Assembly (NCBI GenBank): GCA_024762975.1
Contig: JANTGJ010000003.1
Span: 2,736-66,735, forward strand
From: Candidatus Krumholzibacteriia bacterium
GTDB taxonomy: Bacteria; Krumholzibacteriota; Krumholzibacteriia; LZORAL124-64-63
Reading direction: 5' to 3'
Length of the DNA stretch: 64,000 nt
Made by a program: the position numbers and the translations under genes. Positions 9,512 to 19,794 of this stretch are shown piece by piece (position 1 is the first letter of the stretch; every line of letters starts with the position of its first letter). The notes under the pieces were generated by a model. The model made no database searches and had not been told where the DNA came from. It was given only the letters and a program-made list of their open reading frames with translations.

Positions 9512-10771
9512 TCAGGAGGGGATGGGATCGCGCCGAATCGGCAAGGTCATGCAGCGGCAACCGCCGCCGCCGCGCGCCAGTTCCGAGCCGGCAATGGTCA
9601 CGACACAGCGATTGACCTGTTCCAGATCGGCCCGGCCGGCGATGACCTCGTCGGCAGGGATGATCTCGAAACCGCGACGCGACAATTCTTCGAGCGTGTA
9701 CTGGTTCCGCTCGTAGCCCAGTACCTTCCCCGGCGCCAGCGCGAAAAAATTTGTACCCGAGTGCCACTGTTCGCGCTCCTGGACCCAGCGATCTTTGCCG
9801 CCACAGGGCACGGGCTCGTAATCCAGTCCCAGGTCGCGCAACCCGACCATCAGGTTCTCGACCTCGCGGATCCGGCGGACGCGGCCGCCGTCGATCTCGA
9901 TGTGCACGGTCTCGAAGTGGTTGTGCTCGATGATCAGTGGCGAATAGACCATGCAGGAGCCCTGGTCCAGCAGCGTGAATACCATGTCCAGGTGGATGAA
10001 CGACTCCGGTTCGAAGGGCAGCTCCTGGACGATGACGTGCCGGGGGCCGGGCAATGCCTTCAGCTGATCGAGAACGAAGTCCACCGCCTGGGTCGACGTG
10101 CGGCCGCCCTGCCCGATGAGCAATACATCCTCGCGTGCCACCAGCACATCTCCGCCTTCGATCGTCACCTCCGGACCGTCATAACCGAGGCGCACCGGGT
10201 TCACCGTTTCGGTCTGCAATTGCGGATGGGAGTGGAAGATCTCTTCCATGATCAGGGCTTCGCGCTCACGGATGGCACTGGCCATGCGTCCGATCAGCAC
10301 GCGGCCATTGACCGCCGCGGCAGCATCACGCATGAAGAAGAAATTGTGCAACGGGGGCAGGGAGAAACGATCCTTGCTCAGGAACCGGGTCAGATTGTCG
10401 CGCACCAGGGGCAGGCCCTCGATCAGTGTGCCGGCCAGTTCGGCAGGCTCCTGGCCGGAGATGCTTTCGGCCAATTCGTCCACACCCTCCCGCTGGCAGA
10501 TGCGTTGCACCAGGCGTATTTTCGCCTCGTCGATCGTCAGGACGTCCGTCAGCAGGTCCCGCAGCTGGAAGGTGCGCGTCCACTTCTGCAGCACGCCCTG
10601 CAACTGGTCGTACTCCCGCTCGGCCACGGCCAGATTCAGGATATCACTGTATAGCGCGCGCTCGGCGGAGGCCGGCGTCATGGCTTGCACTTCGGGACCG
10701 GGGCGGTGCAGAACCACGCCCTGCAGGCGGCCGATCTCACTGCGGACATCGATGGCGACGGGATCAGTCAT
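9512..10771 (-). CDS. arcA: arginine deiminase
   Basis: FFMRDAAA and the catalytic-Cys signature GGGGCRCMT near the C-terminus, ~410 aa. Start placed at the third in-frame ATG (10771) after AGAAGGA; the ORF track starts at 10795. Confidence 0.8.
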   Translation of the reverse strand: MTDPVAIDVRSEIGRLQGVVLHRPGPEVQAMTPASAERALYSDILNLAVAEREYDQLQGVLQKWTRTFQLRDLLTDVLTIDEAKIRLVQRICQREGVDELAESISGQEPAELAGTLIEGLPLVRDNLTRFLSKDRFSLPPLHNFFFMRDAAAAVNGRVLIGRMASAIREREALIMEEIFHSHPQLQTETVNPVRLGYDGPEVTIEGGDVLVAREDVLLIGQGGRTSTQAVDFVLDQLKALPGPRHVIVQELPFEPESFIHLDMVFTLLDQGSCMVYSPLIIEHNHFETVHIEIDGGRVRRIREVENLMVGLRDLGLDYEPVPCGGKDRWVQEREQWHSGTNFFALAPGKVLGYERNQYTLEELSRRGFEIIPADEVIAGRADLEQVNRCVVTIAGSELARGGGGCRCMTLPIRRDPIPS

Positions 10772-10831
10772 GGCCGGCATCCTTCTGGTTGGCATGGGGC
10801 GGACGAAACCTTCGGTCGTGGACAGGAACTC

Positions 10832-11470
10832 CTACTCCAGCCCCTCTTTCAATTTTCCGGTGCCCGGTTCGACGTACACTTTCACCTGACGGTACAGTTT
10901 CAATCCGATGCGGCCGGCTCGAATCCCGTTCATCAGCACGTCCAGGCACTTGCCCAGGTCGCGGCTCTGTTCGGTCAATGTCTCGAGCTTTCCGTCCATC
11001 GAGTCCCGGTCGGGTCCCGGCGCCATTCCGGCTCTGGCTTCCTCGATATGGTAGATCTTCAATGCCAGAACCGTCAGCCGGTCGATGATGCTGCCGGGCG
11101 ACTCGCTGTTCAAGGGGGCGCCATCGGCCACGACACCGGCTGCATTGAGTTGCGTGAAAATGATGTCGTCCAGGCGGTCGACGGTTTGTACGCGGCGGCG
11201 ATTGGAATCGTCGATGATACGCTTGACCGAGGCCAGCACTTCGTCGCCCGCGCCATGGGCCCGGCTCTTGTCTTCCTCGTGCCATTGGAAGGTGTTGATC
11301 AGTTGCAGTTTTTCGGCCGTGCGCAGCCATCCGCCGGGGCGGGTCATCGGAATTTCCGCTTCGGCTCCGCTCCAATCGCGGATCCGTGCCTCGGCCTCGT
11401 GCCAGCGGCCGATTACCTCGGGCAGCAAGACCTTCAACTCGGAATAGACGGGCCAGATGGACTCGCTCAT
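10832..11470 (-). CDS. DUF4254-like protein
   Basis: About 210 aa with the conserved WHEED(K) motif (NTFQWHEEDKSRAHG) recalled for DUF4254. No other recognisable motif. Confidence 0.5.
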   Translation of the reverse strand: MSESIWPVYSELKVLLPEVIGRWHEAEARIRDWSGAEAEIPMTRPGGWLRTAEKLQLINTFQWHEEDKSRAHGAGDEVLASVKRIIDDSNRRRVQTVDRLDDIIFTQLNAAGVVADGAPLNSESPGSIIDRLTVLALKIYHIEEARAGMAPGPDRDSMDGKLETLTEQSRDLGKCLDVLMNGIRAGRIGLKLYRQVKVYVEPGTGKLKEGLE

Positions 11471-11674
11471 CGAAAACTATCCTCGGTTCGTGCCTATATC
11501 GTCGGCGCGCGCAAAGCGCCTGTCGGTCGCACAGAATAGCCGCCCCGGCGATGGGAAGCAAGACAGCGCTGACGAGCTTCGGGGGCGACAAGCCGCCCCT
11601 GCTGCGGTAACTTGGGACGGGATGATTCCACGGCGGACTTTCCGCCCGGCAAGAGCAACGAGGAGTTTCACGGG

Positions 11675-11944
11675 ATGAGGGGAATTTTCGGCCGATTCGC
11701 GCCCTGGGCGCTGGTGGCGGGCCTGTTGCTGACGGGTTGCGGCACAACCGACACGCTGCCCGCCGATCCGGCGGGCGACAGCAATGAACTTCCGGCCAGC
11801 CACACCGATTTGGAAGGTGGTGTGGCTCACATGCCGGGAAAATCGAACCCGACGACGAATTGTGTCTCCTGTCACGGTCAGGATCTGCGGGGGGGCGACG
11901 ACGGCGAGCCGTCCTGCTACTCATGTCATGGACGAGTGTGGTAG
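11675..11944 (+). CDS. small diheme c-type cytochrome lipoprotein
   Basis: ATG 11675 ten nt after AGGAG. Lipobox LLTGC after a hydrophobic signal. Two CxxCH heme-binding motifs (CVSCHG, CYSCHG) in 89 aa. Confidence 0.6.
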   Translation: MRGIFGRFAPWALVAGLLLTGCGTTDTLPADPAGDSNELPASHTDLEGGVAHMPGKSNPTTNCVSCHGQDLRGGDDGEPSCYSCHGRVW

Positions 11945-11970
11945 AGAATCAACTGCAGGAGGACAAGACC

Positions 11971-12669
11971 TTGGCCACTCCCGAAGTTTTGGACCACTCG
12001 CGGGGAGGGGTCCGTTTCATTCAATTGCATCTGGGCGGCGACCGGAACTTCTGTTACCTGCTGGGCGACGGCGACAGCGGTGAGGCTGCCGTCATCGATC
12101 CGGGTTTTGAACCCGAGCGCCTGCTGGACATCGCCAACGAGAACGCGTTGCTGATCCGGCACATTCTGGTCACGCACGGCCACTCGGATCACACCGGGGG
12201 AGTTCGGCGTCTGGTCGAATTGACCGGGGCAAGTGTTTCGGCCGGCGCCGAGGATCGTGTTCCCGGTGCGGTCGCGGTGGACGATGGACAGGAGATCGCG
12301 CTTGGCGCGCGACGGGTGCAAGCACTGCACACGCCCGGCCATTCGCCGGGACACTGCTGTTACCTGTTCGAGGGCCGTCTGGTGACCGGTGATCTCCTTT
12401 TTTGCGGCAAGGTGGGCGGTACCGGCAGCTATTTCCCGGGTTCGAGCGCCCGTGCGCAATGGGATTCCCTGCAACGTCTGATGCGACTTCCGGAGGATAC
12501 GGAAGTTTTTCCGGGGCACGACTACTATGGCGGCGAGGGTGTGATGCCGCACTCGACGATCGGTTTCGAACGGGCCCACAATCCATTCCTGACCGGCGGT
12601 GATTTCGAGTCCTTCGTGGCACTGAAGGAGAACTGGCCGATCTACAAGAAAGAGCATGGTATTCGATGA
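11971..12669 (+). CDS. MBL-fold metallo-hydrolase (glyoxalase II-like)
   Basis: THGHSDHTGG (HxHxDH) metal-binding motif, plus downstream His and Asp ligands (HTPGHSPGH, GHD). Start chosen as TTG 11971, seven nt after a perfect AGGAGGA. An in-frame ATG at 11923 would overlap the cytochrome gene by 22 nt. The stop overlaps the next gene's ATG. Confidence 0.75.
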   Translation: MATPEVLDHSRGGVRFIQLHLGGDRNFCYLLGDGDSGEAAVIDPGFEPERLLDIANENALLIRHILVTHGHSDHTGGVRRLVELTGASVSAGAEDRVPGAVAVDDGQEIALGARRVQALHTPGHSPGHCCYLFEGRLVTGDLLFCGKVGGTGSYFPGSSARAQWDSLQRLMRLPEDTEVFPGHDYYGGEGVMPHSTIGFERAHNPFLTGGDFESFVALKENWPIYKKEHGIR

Positions 12670-14993
12670 ACGAGATTCCCTCGCCGAGCGGCAGGCTCGC
12701 CTGGAATCTGATCCTCGCGTCGGTCGCGGCGGTGGCGCTGGCCGCGGGGGTCGGGGCCTGGCCGCCGGGTAGCGGATTCATCGGCCCGTCGCTCCGGCTC
12801 GGTGTATCCGCCGTGCTGTTGACCGCCGCCTGGCTGGCTGCCGCTCGTTTCCTGATCATCGATACCTGGGGCCGTTGGCTCTGGCTGGTTCTGCTGGCCT
12901 GCTCAAGCCTGCTCGCGGCGCTGCTGGGCAATGGAGGCCTGCCCGCCTCGATCACGCTGACGGTTTTTGTGCTGACTCTTCGCACGTACCGGCCCTGGCG
13001 GCATATCCCGGCCCGCCTGCGTGCGCTCGGATTCGGACTGGGCCTCATCGCGGTGGTACTGCTGATCCTGGCCGCGCGCTTCTGGGATCTGTCCGAGCCG
13101 GAGAATGAACTGCTTGCCGCATTGCGCCGGCTCGGCGGCTGGTCCGTCGGCTCGTTGCTGACCTTCTGGTTGTGGTCGCTGTTTCATCTTGCGGTCCGAA
13201 TGCGGCTGCACTTCCTGCGCCTGCGCCCGAAACTGGCGGTCAGTGCCCTGCTGATCGGCCTGGTACCGCTGGTCCTGGTCGGCATTCTGGCGGTGTTGGT
13301 GCTCTACCTCGGGCTGGGTGGAGCTCGCGCCACGCGCGCCACGAACGTGCTCGAAGACTGGCGGTCGGCCGCAGCGGCTGGTGTCGATCTATCCGGCGCC
13401 CCCTTTGATACGACGTTCGCCTGGCCCGAAAGGGTCACGATGTCGGATCGCGCCGAACGCATCCCGGCTCCACCGTGGGTGACCGAGCTGGCCGATGCCA
13501 TGGAATACACACTCGTGCAGATTCCGGCCAGCGAGGGGAATACGGTAGCCGCGAGCCTCGATACGACCGGCTGGTTTGCGATGGATGGCAATATCTGGTT
13601 GATGGACTGGCGGGGTGTGGGAACGGACAGCGTCATGACCCGGGCATGGTGCCTGGGCACTGGACCGCTGGAGCGCCTGTCGCGGCTGCTGGGCGCCGGC
13701 TTGCGCCTGGCCTCGATCAAGGTAGAGCAAACGGAACGTGCCACGGGGAGTTCGCCGGCCACGACCGGGGAGATTGAACGGTTTCCGGGCCGCAGGATCG
13801 TCTACCGGGACGTCAGTCAGGAAGAGTACTACTGGAGCGAGTACATCCACTTTGGCGGCACGACCTGGCCCCTGTCCACGGTGCAGAATCGGGAACTGCA
13901 CAACGGGGAAATCTTTCTGCAGGTCCGGGCAGGCTGGCAGGACCTGAAGACCGACTTCGCCCAGGGCGAGAATGTCGTGAACAGGATCGTCGTGGTGGTG
14001 TTGGGAATCGTCGCAGGCCTGTTCCTGATCCTCGAGATCTTCGCGCTCTTCTTCGGGATCCGCATCACCGAGGGGATCATCGCCGCCGTACGCCGGTTGC
14101 AACGCGGAACACGAGCGCTGGGGGCGGGGGACCTCGATACGGTGATCGACCTGCCGAACGAGGATGAATTCGGTGACCTGGCCGACTCCTTCAACGAGAT
14201 GACCCGCGCGGTGAAGAGGGGCCGCGAGGATGCCTTGGCCCGTCAGGCCCTGACTCGTGAGCTGGTCAATGCCCGGGCCATCCAGAAGCGACTGCTGCCC
14301 GCCGAGGAGCCGAGCGTGGTCGGCTTCGAGGTCACCGGCGCCAGTATTCCCAGCCGCGAGATCGGAGGCGACTATTTCGACTTCATCCTGCAGGCGGATG
14401 AATGCCTCGGCGTAGCGATCGGCGACGTTTCGGGCAAAGGGATGCCGGCCGCCTTGCTGATGTCCGGGCTGCAAGCCAGCCTGCATGGCCAGGTACTGCA
14501 TCCAAGTAGCGTGAGTGAGACCGTCGGTCGCGTCAATGACCTGATGGTCGCCTCGACCGATCCGCACATGTTCGCCACCTTTTTCTACGGGGTGCTCGAT
14601 CTGAACGCCGGCACGTTCACCAGCACCAACGCCGGCCACAATCCGCCCCTGGTGCTGCGCAATTCCGGCGAGATGGAGCTGTTGGGCACCGGAGGACTGC
14701 TGCTGGGAATGCTGTCGGGGCAGAGCTACCAGCAGGAAGTGACTTCGCTGGAACCGGGTGAGGTGATCGTCCTGTATACCGATGGAATCACCGAGGCGGT
14801 GGGACCGTCGGCCGAGGAAGACGATCCCGAGGCCATGTTTGGCGAGGACCCGTTGGCGGAAGTCGTCCGGCGCAATGCGCACCTGCCCGCGGTCGGCATC
14901 AAGGAGGCGATCCTCGATGCGGTGCGGGAACATACCGCGGGGGTGCCGCAGTCGGATGATATTACGCTGGTGGTGATTCGCAGGCAGGAGTAG
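12666..14993 (+). CDS. membrane-bound HAMP-domain PP2C-family Ser/Thr phosphatase (RsbU/SpoIIE-like)
   Basis: Multi-pass N-terminal membrane region, then a periplasmic segment. HAMP-like helix (LQRGTRALGAGDLDTVIDLPNEDEFGDLADSFNEMTRAV). C-terminal PP2C motifs REIGGDYFDF, GDVSGKGMPAAL and TDGITEA. Confidence 0.8.
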   Translation: MNEIPSPSGRLAWNLILASVAAVALAAGVGAWPPGSGFIGPSLRLGVSAVLLTAAWLAAARFLIIDTWGRWLWLVLLACSSLLAALLGNGGLPASITLTVFVLTLRTYRPWRHIPARLRALGFGLGLIAVVLLILAARFWDLSEPENELLAALRRLGGWSVGSLLTFWLWSLFHLAVRMRLHFLRLRPKLAVSALLIGLVPLVLVGILAVLVLYLGLGGARATRATNVLEDWRSAAAAGVDLSGAPFDTTFAWPERVTMSDRAERIPAPPWVTELADAMEYTLVQIPASEGNTVAASLDTTGWFAMDGNIWLMDWRGVGTDSVMTRAWCLGTGPLERLSRLLGAGLRLASIKVEQTERATGSSPATTGEIERFPGRRIVYRDVSQEEYYWSEYIHFGGTTWPLSTVQNRELHNGEIFLQVRAGWQDLKTDFAQGENVVNRIVVVVLGIVAGLFLILEIFALFFGIRITEGIIAAVRRLQRGTRALGAGDLDTVIDLPNEDEFGDLADSFNEMTRAVKRGREDALARQALTRELVNARAIQKRLLPAEEPSVVGFEVTGASIPSREIGGDYFDFILQADECLGVAIGDVSGKGMPAALLMSGLQASLHGQVLHPSSVSETVGRVNDLMVASTDPHMFATFFYGVLDLNAGTFTSTNAGHNPPLVLRNSGEMELLGTGGLLLGMLSGQSYQQEVTSLEPGEVIVLYTDGITEAVGPSAEEDDPEAMFGEDPLAEVVRRNAHLPAVGIKEAILDAVREHTAGVPQSDDITLVVIRRQE

Positions 14994-15173
14994 TCGACAG
15001 CAACGGACCGGGGAGTGATCGTTGATCCGGGACGGATCTTCCGGTCCGGATACCAGATTCTTCCCCAATCGCGACTGGAACCCGGCACCCGATCGCGGTA
15101 TCTTTCACGATCAATCGTGCATTTGCCGCCGGTCCTCATCGGCGGTTCCGTTGAATCCGCGGGAGTACCGTCC

Positions 15174-16637
15174 ATGCTGAACTGGATCGTCGATAACTAC
15201 CCCGTCCTGCTGCTGCTGGCCTTCGTGACCATCGTTTTCAGATTGTTGCCGAAGGTGGACGTGGGGCACGACAAGACCTACATGCGTCGCCGCATCATGA
15301 ACTGGCTGCCCCTGGGCCTGACCTACGCGCTGCTCTACATGGGGCGCTACAACCTGAAGGTCAGCCAGTACGCCTTCGAAGAGATTCCGGCCCCGGATGG
15401 TTCGCCGCTGATGGGCAACGTCGGTTTCGGAATCATCTTCATGGTCGGTACGATCATTTACGGCGTATCGTTTCTGATCAACGGGCCGCTTACCGACCGG
15501 ATGGGCGGTCGCTTCTCGATTCTGCTCGGTGCCGGCGGCGCGATGATGATGAATCTGCTGATGGGGCTGGCCTCGCTGACGCTGATCAAACACGGCCCGA
15601 TGTACGGCTTCCTGGCGACTCATTTCATCGTCGTGTTTTCGGTTTTGTATGCCCTGAACATGTACTTCCAGAGCTTCGGCGCCGTGGCCATCGTCAAAGT
15701 CAACGCGCCCTGGTTCCATGTGCGCGAGCGCGGAGTCTTCGGCGCCATATTCGGGATCCTGATTTCGCTGGGGATCTACCTGGCCTTCGATGTCGGCTAC
15801 TCCATCCTGAGCAGCCTGGGTCTGATCTGGGTCTTCCTGGTACCGGCCATCGGTCTGGGGCTTTTCTGGGTGATGGACTTTTTCGTGGTCCGCAACAGTC
15901 CGGTCGAGGCGGGTCTGGGAGAATTCAACACCGGCGATGCGACCAGCGGTGACGACGGCCCTCGTCTGGGCGCGGCGAAGGTTTTCCGGAAAATGCTGAC
16001 CAACCCCATTATCGTGACGATCGCGGGTGTGGAGTTCTGCAGCGGCTTCCTGCGCCAGGCCATCATGCAGTGGTATGGCAGCTTCGCCAAGCAGACCGAC
16101 GGTGTTCTGGGATTGAAGAGCAGCTTCGTGAATGAGAACTGGGGCCTGATGCTCTTTTTCGCCGGCGTGATGGGCGGCATGCTGGCAGGTACGATCAGCG
16201 ATCACCTCTTCCAGTCGCGGCGCGGTCCGGTCGCCGGTGTGCTGTATGGCCTCATGCTCGTCGGAGCCGTCACGCTGACCTTCACCTACACCACGCCGAT
16301 CGTGGGCTGGCTGGTGGTCTTCATGTCGATGGCCGTCATCGGTGTGCACGGCATGCTCTCGGGTACGGCGAGCATGGACTTCGGTGGAGCCAAGAATGCC
16401 GGAATCGCCGTTGGAATCATCGATGGCTTCGTCTACCTGGGCACCGGCGTGATGTCGCTGACCTATGCGATCATTCTGCCCAAAGTCGAGCTGGACGCGG
16501 CGGGCAAGATCATTGGAGAGGCGACCGACCCGGCCAACTGGCTAGCCTGGCCCATCGCCATGATTCCCTTGGCCGTGATTGGCTTCGTGCTTACTTTGCG
16601 CTTGTGGAACGCCAAACCGAAGCCCAAGTCCGCGTAG
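15174..16637 (+). CDS. MFS transporter, organophosphate:Pi antiporter (GlpT/UhpC-like) family
   Basis: ATG 15174 after GGGAG. 12-TM profile. N-terminal signature RRRIMNWLPLGLTYALLYMGRYNL resembles the GlpT-family motif. Confidence 0.7.
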   Translation: MLNWIVDNYPVLLLLAFVTIVFRLLPKVDVGHDKTYMRRRIMNWLPLGLTYALLYMGRYNLKVSQYAFEEIPAPDGSPLMGNVGFGIIFMVGTIIYGVSFLINGPLTDRMGGRFSILLGAGGAMMMNLLMGLASLTLIKHGPMYGFLATHFIVVFSVLYALNMYFQSFGAVAIVKVNAPWFHVRERGVFGAIFGILISLGIYLAFDVGYSILSSLGLIWVFLVPAIGLGLFWVMDFFVVRNSPVEAGLGEFNTGDATSGDDGPRLGAAKVFRKMLTNPIIVTIAGVEFCSGFLRQAIMQWYGSFAKQTDGVLGLKSSFVNENWGLMLFFAGVMGGMLAGTISDHLFQSRRGPVAGVLYGLMLVGAVTLTFTYTTPIVGWLVVFMSMAVIGVHGMLSGTASMDFGGAKNAGIAVGIIDGFVYLGTGVMSLTYAIILPKVELDAAGKIIGEATDPANWLAWPIAMIPLAVIGFVLTLRLWNAKPKPKSA

Positions 16638-16674
16638 TCCGACAAGTGCGCGGTTTCCGGAGTGAAATTCGCCC

Positions 16675-18624
16675 ATGTCTGTATTGAAACGACTGATTTC
16701 CGGGGCGGCCATTGTGACCGCCCTGGTTTCGGTTTCCGGGTCCGTTCGGGCCGAGAATTCCGTAGCTGTCGATTCCCTGGTCGTGCCTTCCTTCGTCGTC
16801 GACGGTGGCGATACGCTGTGGTTGGCGCCGCCCCTGGAGGTGGTCGGCTCCCGCGTCCCGGCGGCGTTGCCGCTGATCGTACGGCAGATCGAGATCCTGG
16901 GTGGGCCGGAACTGGAGCGGCTGCCGGGACGGTCGGCGGCCGAGCTGTTGCAGGCGGTACCGGGTGTGGTCACCGGTCAGCGGCAACAGTACGGGGTGCA
17001 ATCCGATCTTACGATCCGCGGTTCGACTTTCGAGCAGGTGCAGGTCCTGCTGGACGGTTTCGACGTTTCGGATGCGCAGACCGGGCACCACGCCCTGGAT
17101 CTGCCATTGAGTCGGCACGATATCGAGCGGGTCGAGGTGCTCAAGGGCCAGGGCTCTGCGCTGTACGGCTCCGGTTCGTTCGGCGGCGTGGTGAACATCG
17201 TCGGCAAACGAGCCGGAGCACGCGATGGGGGCGAAGTCGCCGTCACCGGTGGAGGTCTGGGCATCCGGCAGGTTCGGGGGGACCTGATCGATGTCAGTCG
17301 CCAGGGTCGCACCGGGCTGCGCCTGTCCTTCGACCGATTTCACGCAGACGGACAGGATCTGGAATCAACGGAGGGACCGGCCCTGAACAACGAGTCGGAT
17401 CTGTGGTCCCTGACCGGCCGTCTGGACCACCAGGGGGATGCGGGTGAAACGGCGTTCTTCATCGGTTGGTCCAAACGCAAGTTCGGTGCCCTGGATTTTT
17501 ACGCACCGTATCCCTCGCGTGAGCGAACCGAGACGCTCTTCGGCTCGGTCCGTATCAATCGGCGAGTCAGTGATCGCTGGACGCTGGAGCCCCGCGCCTA
17601 CTTCCGCCGCCATACCGATCTGTTCGTACTCTTCGAGGACAATCCGTCGGCATATACCAATGACCACGTCGGGCGCCGCATCGGAATGGAGCTGCGCGGG
17701 ATCGGCGTGATGAACCGCAACCACACGTTGGCTTTCGGCCTGGAGGGCGTTTACGACGACCTGGACAGTCAGGGGATTCGCAGTGGAGTCGAAGGGCCGG
17801 CGATGGGTCGCCATCTGCGGCGCCGGATCTCGTTCTCGACCGAAGTCGATCGTCATACGGGGCGGTTGCGCTGGCAACTGGGCGCACGCCTGGACGCGAG
17901 GCCGGAGTACTCGCCTCGTACCTCGGGTACCGGTGCGCTGGCCTACGATCTGAACGAGAACCTGACGGTACGGTCCAGCACGGGTTCCGTTTTTCGAATC
18001 CCGACCTGGACCGAGCTGAACTACACCAGCCCGGCCAACCTGGGGGACTCGAATCTGCGGCCGGAACAGGGTTGGGCATGGGATCTGGGCCTGGACTGGC
18101 GGCGCGATTCGTGGCTCCTGCAGACGGCCTATTTCGAGCGCTACGAGGAAGACGTCATCGACTGGGCGCTCGCTCCGGGCGAGACGACTTTCCGGGTACT
18201 GAACATTGCCGAGGCGACCGTGCGTGGTGTCGAGACGGGCGCGACCTGGCATCATTCGCGGGGGCATCGATTGCAGGTCAGTTGGGCCTGGCTGGAAAAG
18301 GACTCCGAATTGCCCGCCGGCTATGTTGCCCGCTATTCGCTGCAGTCGCCGCGTCAGGTGCTGACCGGTCGCGGCACCTGGGTGCTGCCCTGGAACCTGG
18401 CCGCGACGGTGACCGGTCGATATCTCGAGCGCTCCGACGGCGCGGGCAGTCACGGCGGGTACCGAGTGGCTTTCGTGCTGGACGGCAGGTTGGACTGGGA
18501 GGGGCCGCACGGTCTCTTTGCTTCGGCGGCGGGAACGAATCTGACCGATCGCGACTACGAGGAAATTCCGGGCGTTGCGATGCCCGGGGCAACGGGAACG
18601 TTGTCGGTGGGGCAGCGATTCTGA
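16675..18624 (+). CDS. TonB-dependent outer-membrane receptor
   Basis: Signal peptide, plug-domain motifs (VVVG...IEVLGGPE...LLQAVPGV, DGFDVSD, IERVEVLKGQGSALYGSGSFGGVVNIV), a long beta-barrel region and a C-terminal aromatic residue (..SVGQRF). Confidence 0.8.
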   Translation: MSVLKRLISGAAIVTALVSVSGSVRAENSVAVDSLVVPSFVVDGGDTLWLAPPLEVVGSRVPAALPLIVRQIEILGGPELERLPGRSAAELLQAVPGVVTGQRQQYGVQSDLTIRGSTFEQVQVLLDGFDVSDAQTGHHALDLPLSRHDIERVEVLKGQGSALYGSGSFGGVVNIVGKRAGARDGGEVAVTGGGLGIRQVRGDLIDVSRQGRTGLRLSFDRFHADGQDLESTEGPALNNESDLWSLTGRLDHQGDAGETAFFIGWSKRKFGALDFYAPYPSRERTETLFGSVRINRRVSDRWTLEPRAYFRRHTDLFVLFEDNPSAYTNDHVGRRIGMELRGIGVMNRNHTLAFGLEGVYDDLDSQGIRSGVEGPAMGRHLRRRISFSTEVDRHTGRLRWQLGARLDARPEYSPRTSGTGALAYDLNENLTVRSSTGSVFRIPTWTELNYTSPANLGDSNLRPEQGWAWDLGLDWRRDSWLLQTAYFERYEEDVIDWALAPGETTFRVLNIAEATVRGVETGATWHHSRGHRLQVSWAWLEKDSELPAGYVARYSLQSPRQVLTGRGTWVLPWNLAATVTGRYLERSDGAGSHGGYRVAFVLDGRLDWEGPHGLFASAAGTNLTDRDYEEIPGVAMPGATGTLSVGQRF

Positions 18625-18648
18625 GTGGAAAATACAGGAGCTCCCGAA

Positions 18649-18676
18649 GACGGCGGCCTGGAGGGGCCGCCGTTTT
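18649..18676 (+). terminator. putative intrinsic terminator after the TonB-dependent receptor gene
   Basis: GACGGCGGCC / GGCCGCCGTT stem with a TGGAGG loop followed by TTTT. Lies between convergent genes. Confidence 0.4.
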
Positions 18677-18747
18677 CGGTCGAATGTACCCCACTGAGAG
18701 GAGGACCTTACCTCGCCTAAAGCGCGAGGGCTACGTCCCCCGGCGTA

Positions 18748-19794
18748 TCACGCCTCCCGTTTGCGGCGCAACCGGATGGCCTTCCAGGCCAGCCAGCCGG
18801 CGACCGACAGGATCAACAGCCCGGAGAACAATGGAATTCCTCCGTAGTTGACAGGGCGATACTCCAGATCGTTGTCCGCCCGCACCAGCACGACATCTTC
18901 ATCCATCTGCGACGGCGTGTAGTTGCGGACCAGCTTGGTCACAAAATCACCGGTTTCGAGCACCTCGCCGACGGACGGATACCGGCGCCCGATCGCCGTC
19001 CGTTCCGACGAATCGATCCGATTCGCGTACCAGGTTTCGGCTCCGGCAAGAGCCATTCGGTGGTCCGCCACGACATACAATCCCACTTGCGAGGACTGGG
19101 CAGCACTCAGCGACGAGATGTGCAGCGGATAGACCGGTTCCTCCGAAGCGAATCTCAGGTGGATGGGTTGAAGTTGTCCATACCAGTAGTCCGGCAGATA
19201 GGGATAGCCGTCTTCGAGTACCGACTCGTCCACTTTCATCGTCACGAAAACCCATTGGCGATCGACATACGACTGCAGCACTTCGGTGACACGATCAGTA
19301 TTCCCGCTATGCAGGTAGCCCCACGTCGACAGCGAGTCGAAAAGTGCCGCGCCATCGTCCGCTGCGATGATCATCGTTCGATAAACCCCGACTTGATCCT
19401 CATCCAGAATGCTCACGCCATCATCGATGCCGGCGACCACGTCCCAGGACTCCTCCGTGCAGCCCCAATTGGAGTCGCGATGCACATACAGGGCGCGTGT
19501 CATGTCTTCCAGCTGTTGAAAAAGATCCAGATCGGCCGTCGCCAGCGTGGGGACCGACGGAACCGGCACGATCCAGGCAAAATCGTGGGCATCGCCATGG
19601 AAGCCGGGCAGGATCCGCAGGTCCTCGATGCCCTCGGCATGGTGGATCATCGCGGTCTGACTGTTCTCGTACAGGATCCAGTAGGGAGGGTAGAAAAATC
19701 CGCCATCGGCGCGGGCCGACCCGGGAGCGAGCGATGCCAACAGGAGAGCCGCCAGGGCCAGGCCCAGATTTCGAATAGGCTTCCGGGTAATCAT
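18748..19794 (-). CDS. DUF2330-like secreted protein with a C-terminal transmembrane anchor
   Basis: Signal peptide; GGFF near the mature N-terminus; AWIVPVPSVP block; C-terminal hydrophobic helix plus basic tail (LLILSVAGWLAWKAIRLRRKREA). Family assignment from memory, moderate confidence. The ATG overlaps the upstream gene's stop (ATGA). Confidence 0.5.
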   Translation of the reverse strand: MITRKPIRNLGLALAALLLASLAPGSARADGGFFYPPYWILYENSQTAMIHHAEGIEDLRILPGFHGDAHDFAWIVPVPSVPTLATADLDLFQQLEDMTRALYVHRDSNWGCTEESWDVVAGIDDGVSILDEDQVGVYRTMIIAADDGAALFDSLSTWGYLHSGNTDRVTEVLQSYVDRQWVFVTMKVDESVLEDGYPYLPDYWYGQLQPIHLRFASEEPVYPLHISSLSAAQSSQVGLYVVADHRMALAGAETWYANRIDSSERTAIGRRYPSVGEVLETGDFVTKLVRNYTPSQMDEDVVLVRADNDLEYRPVNYGGIPLFSGLLILSVAGWLAWKAIRLRRKREA

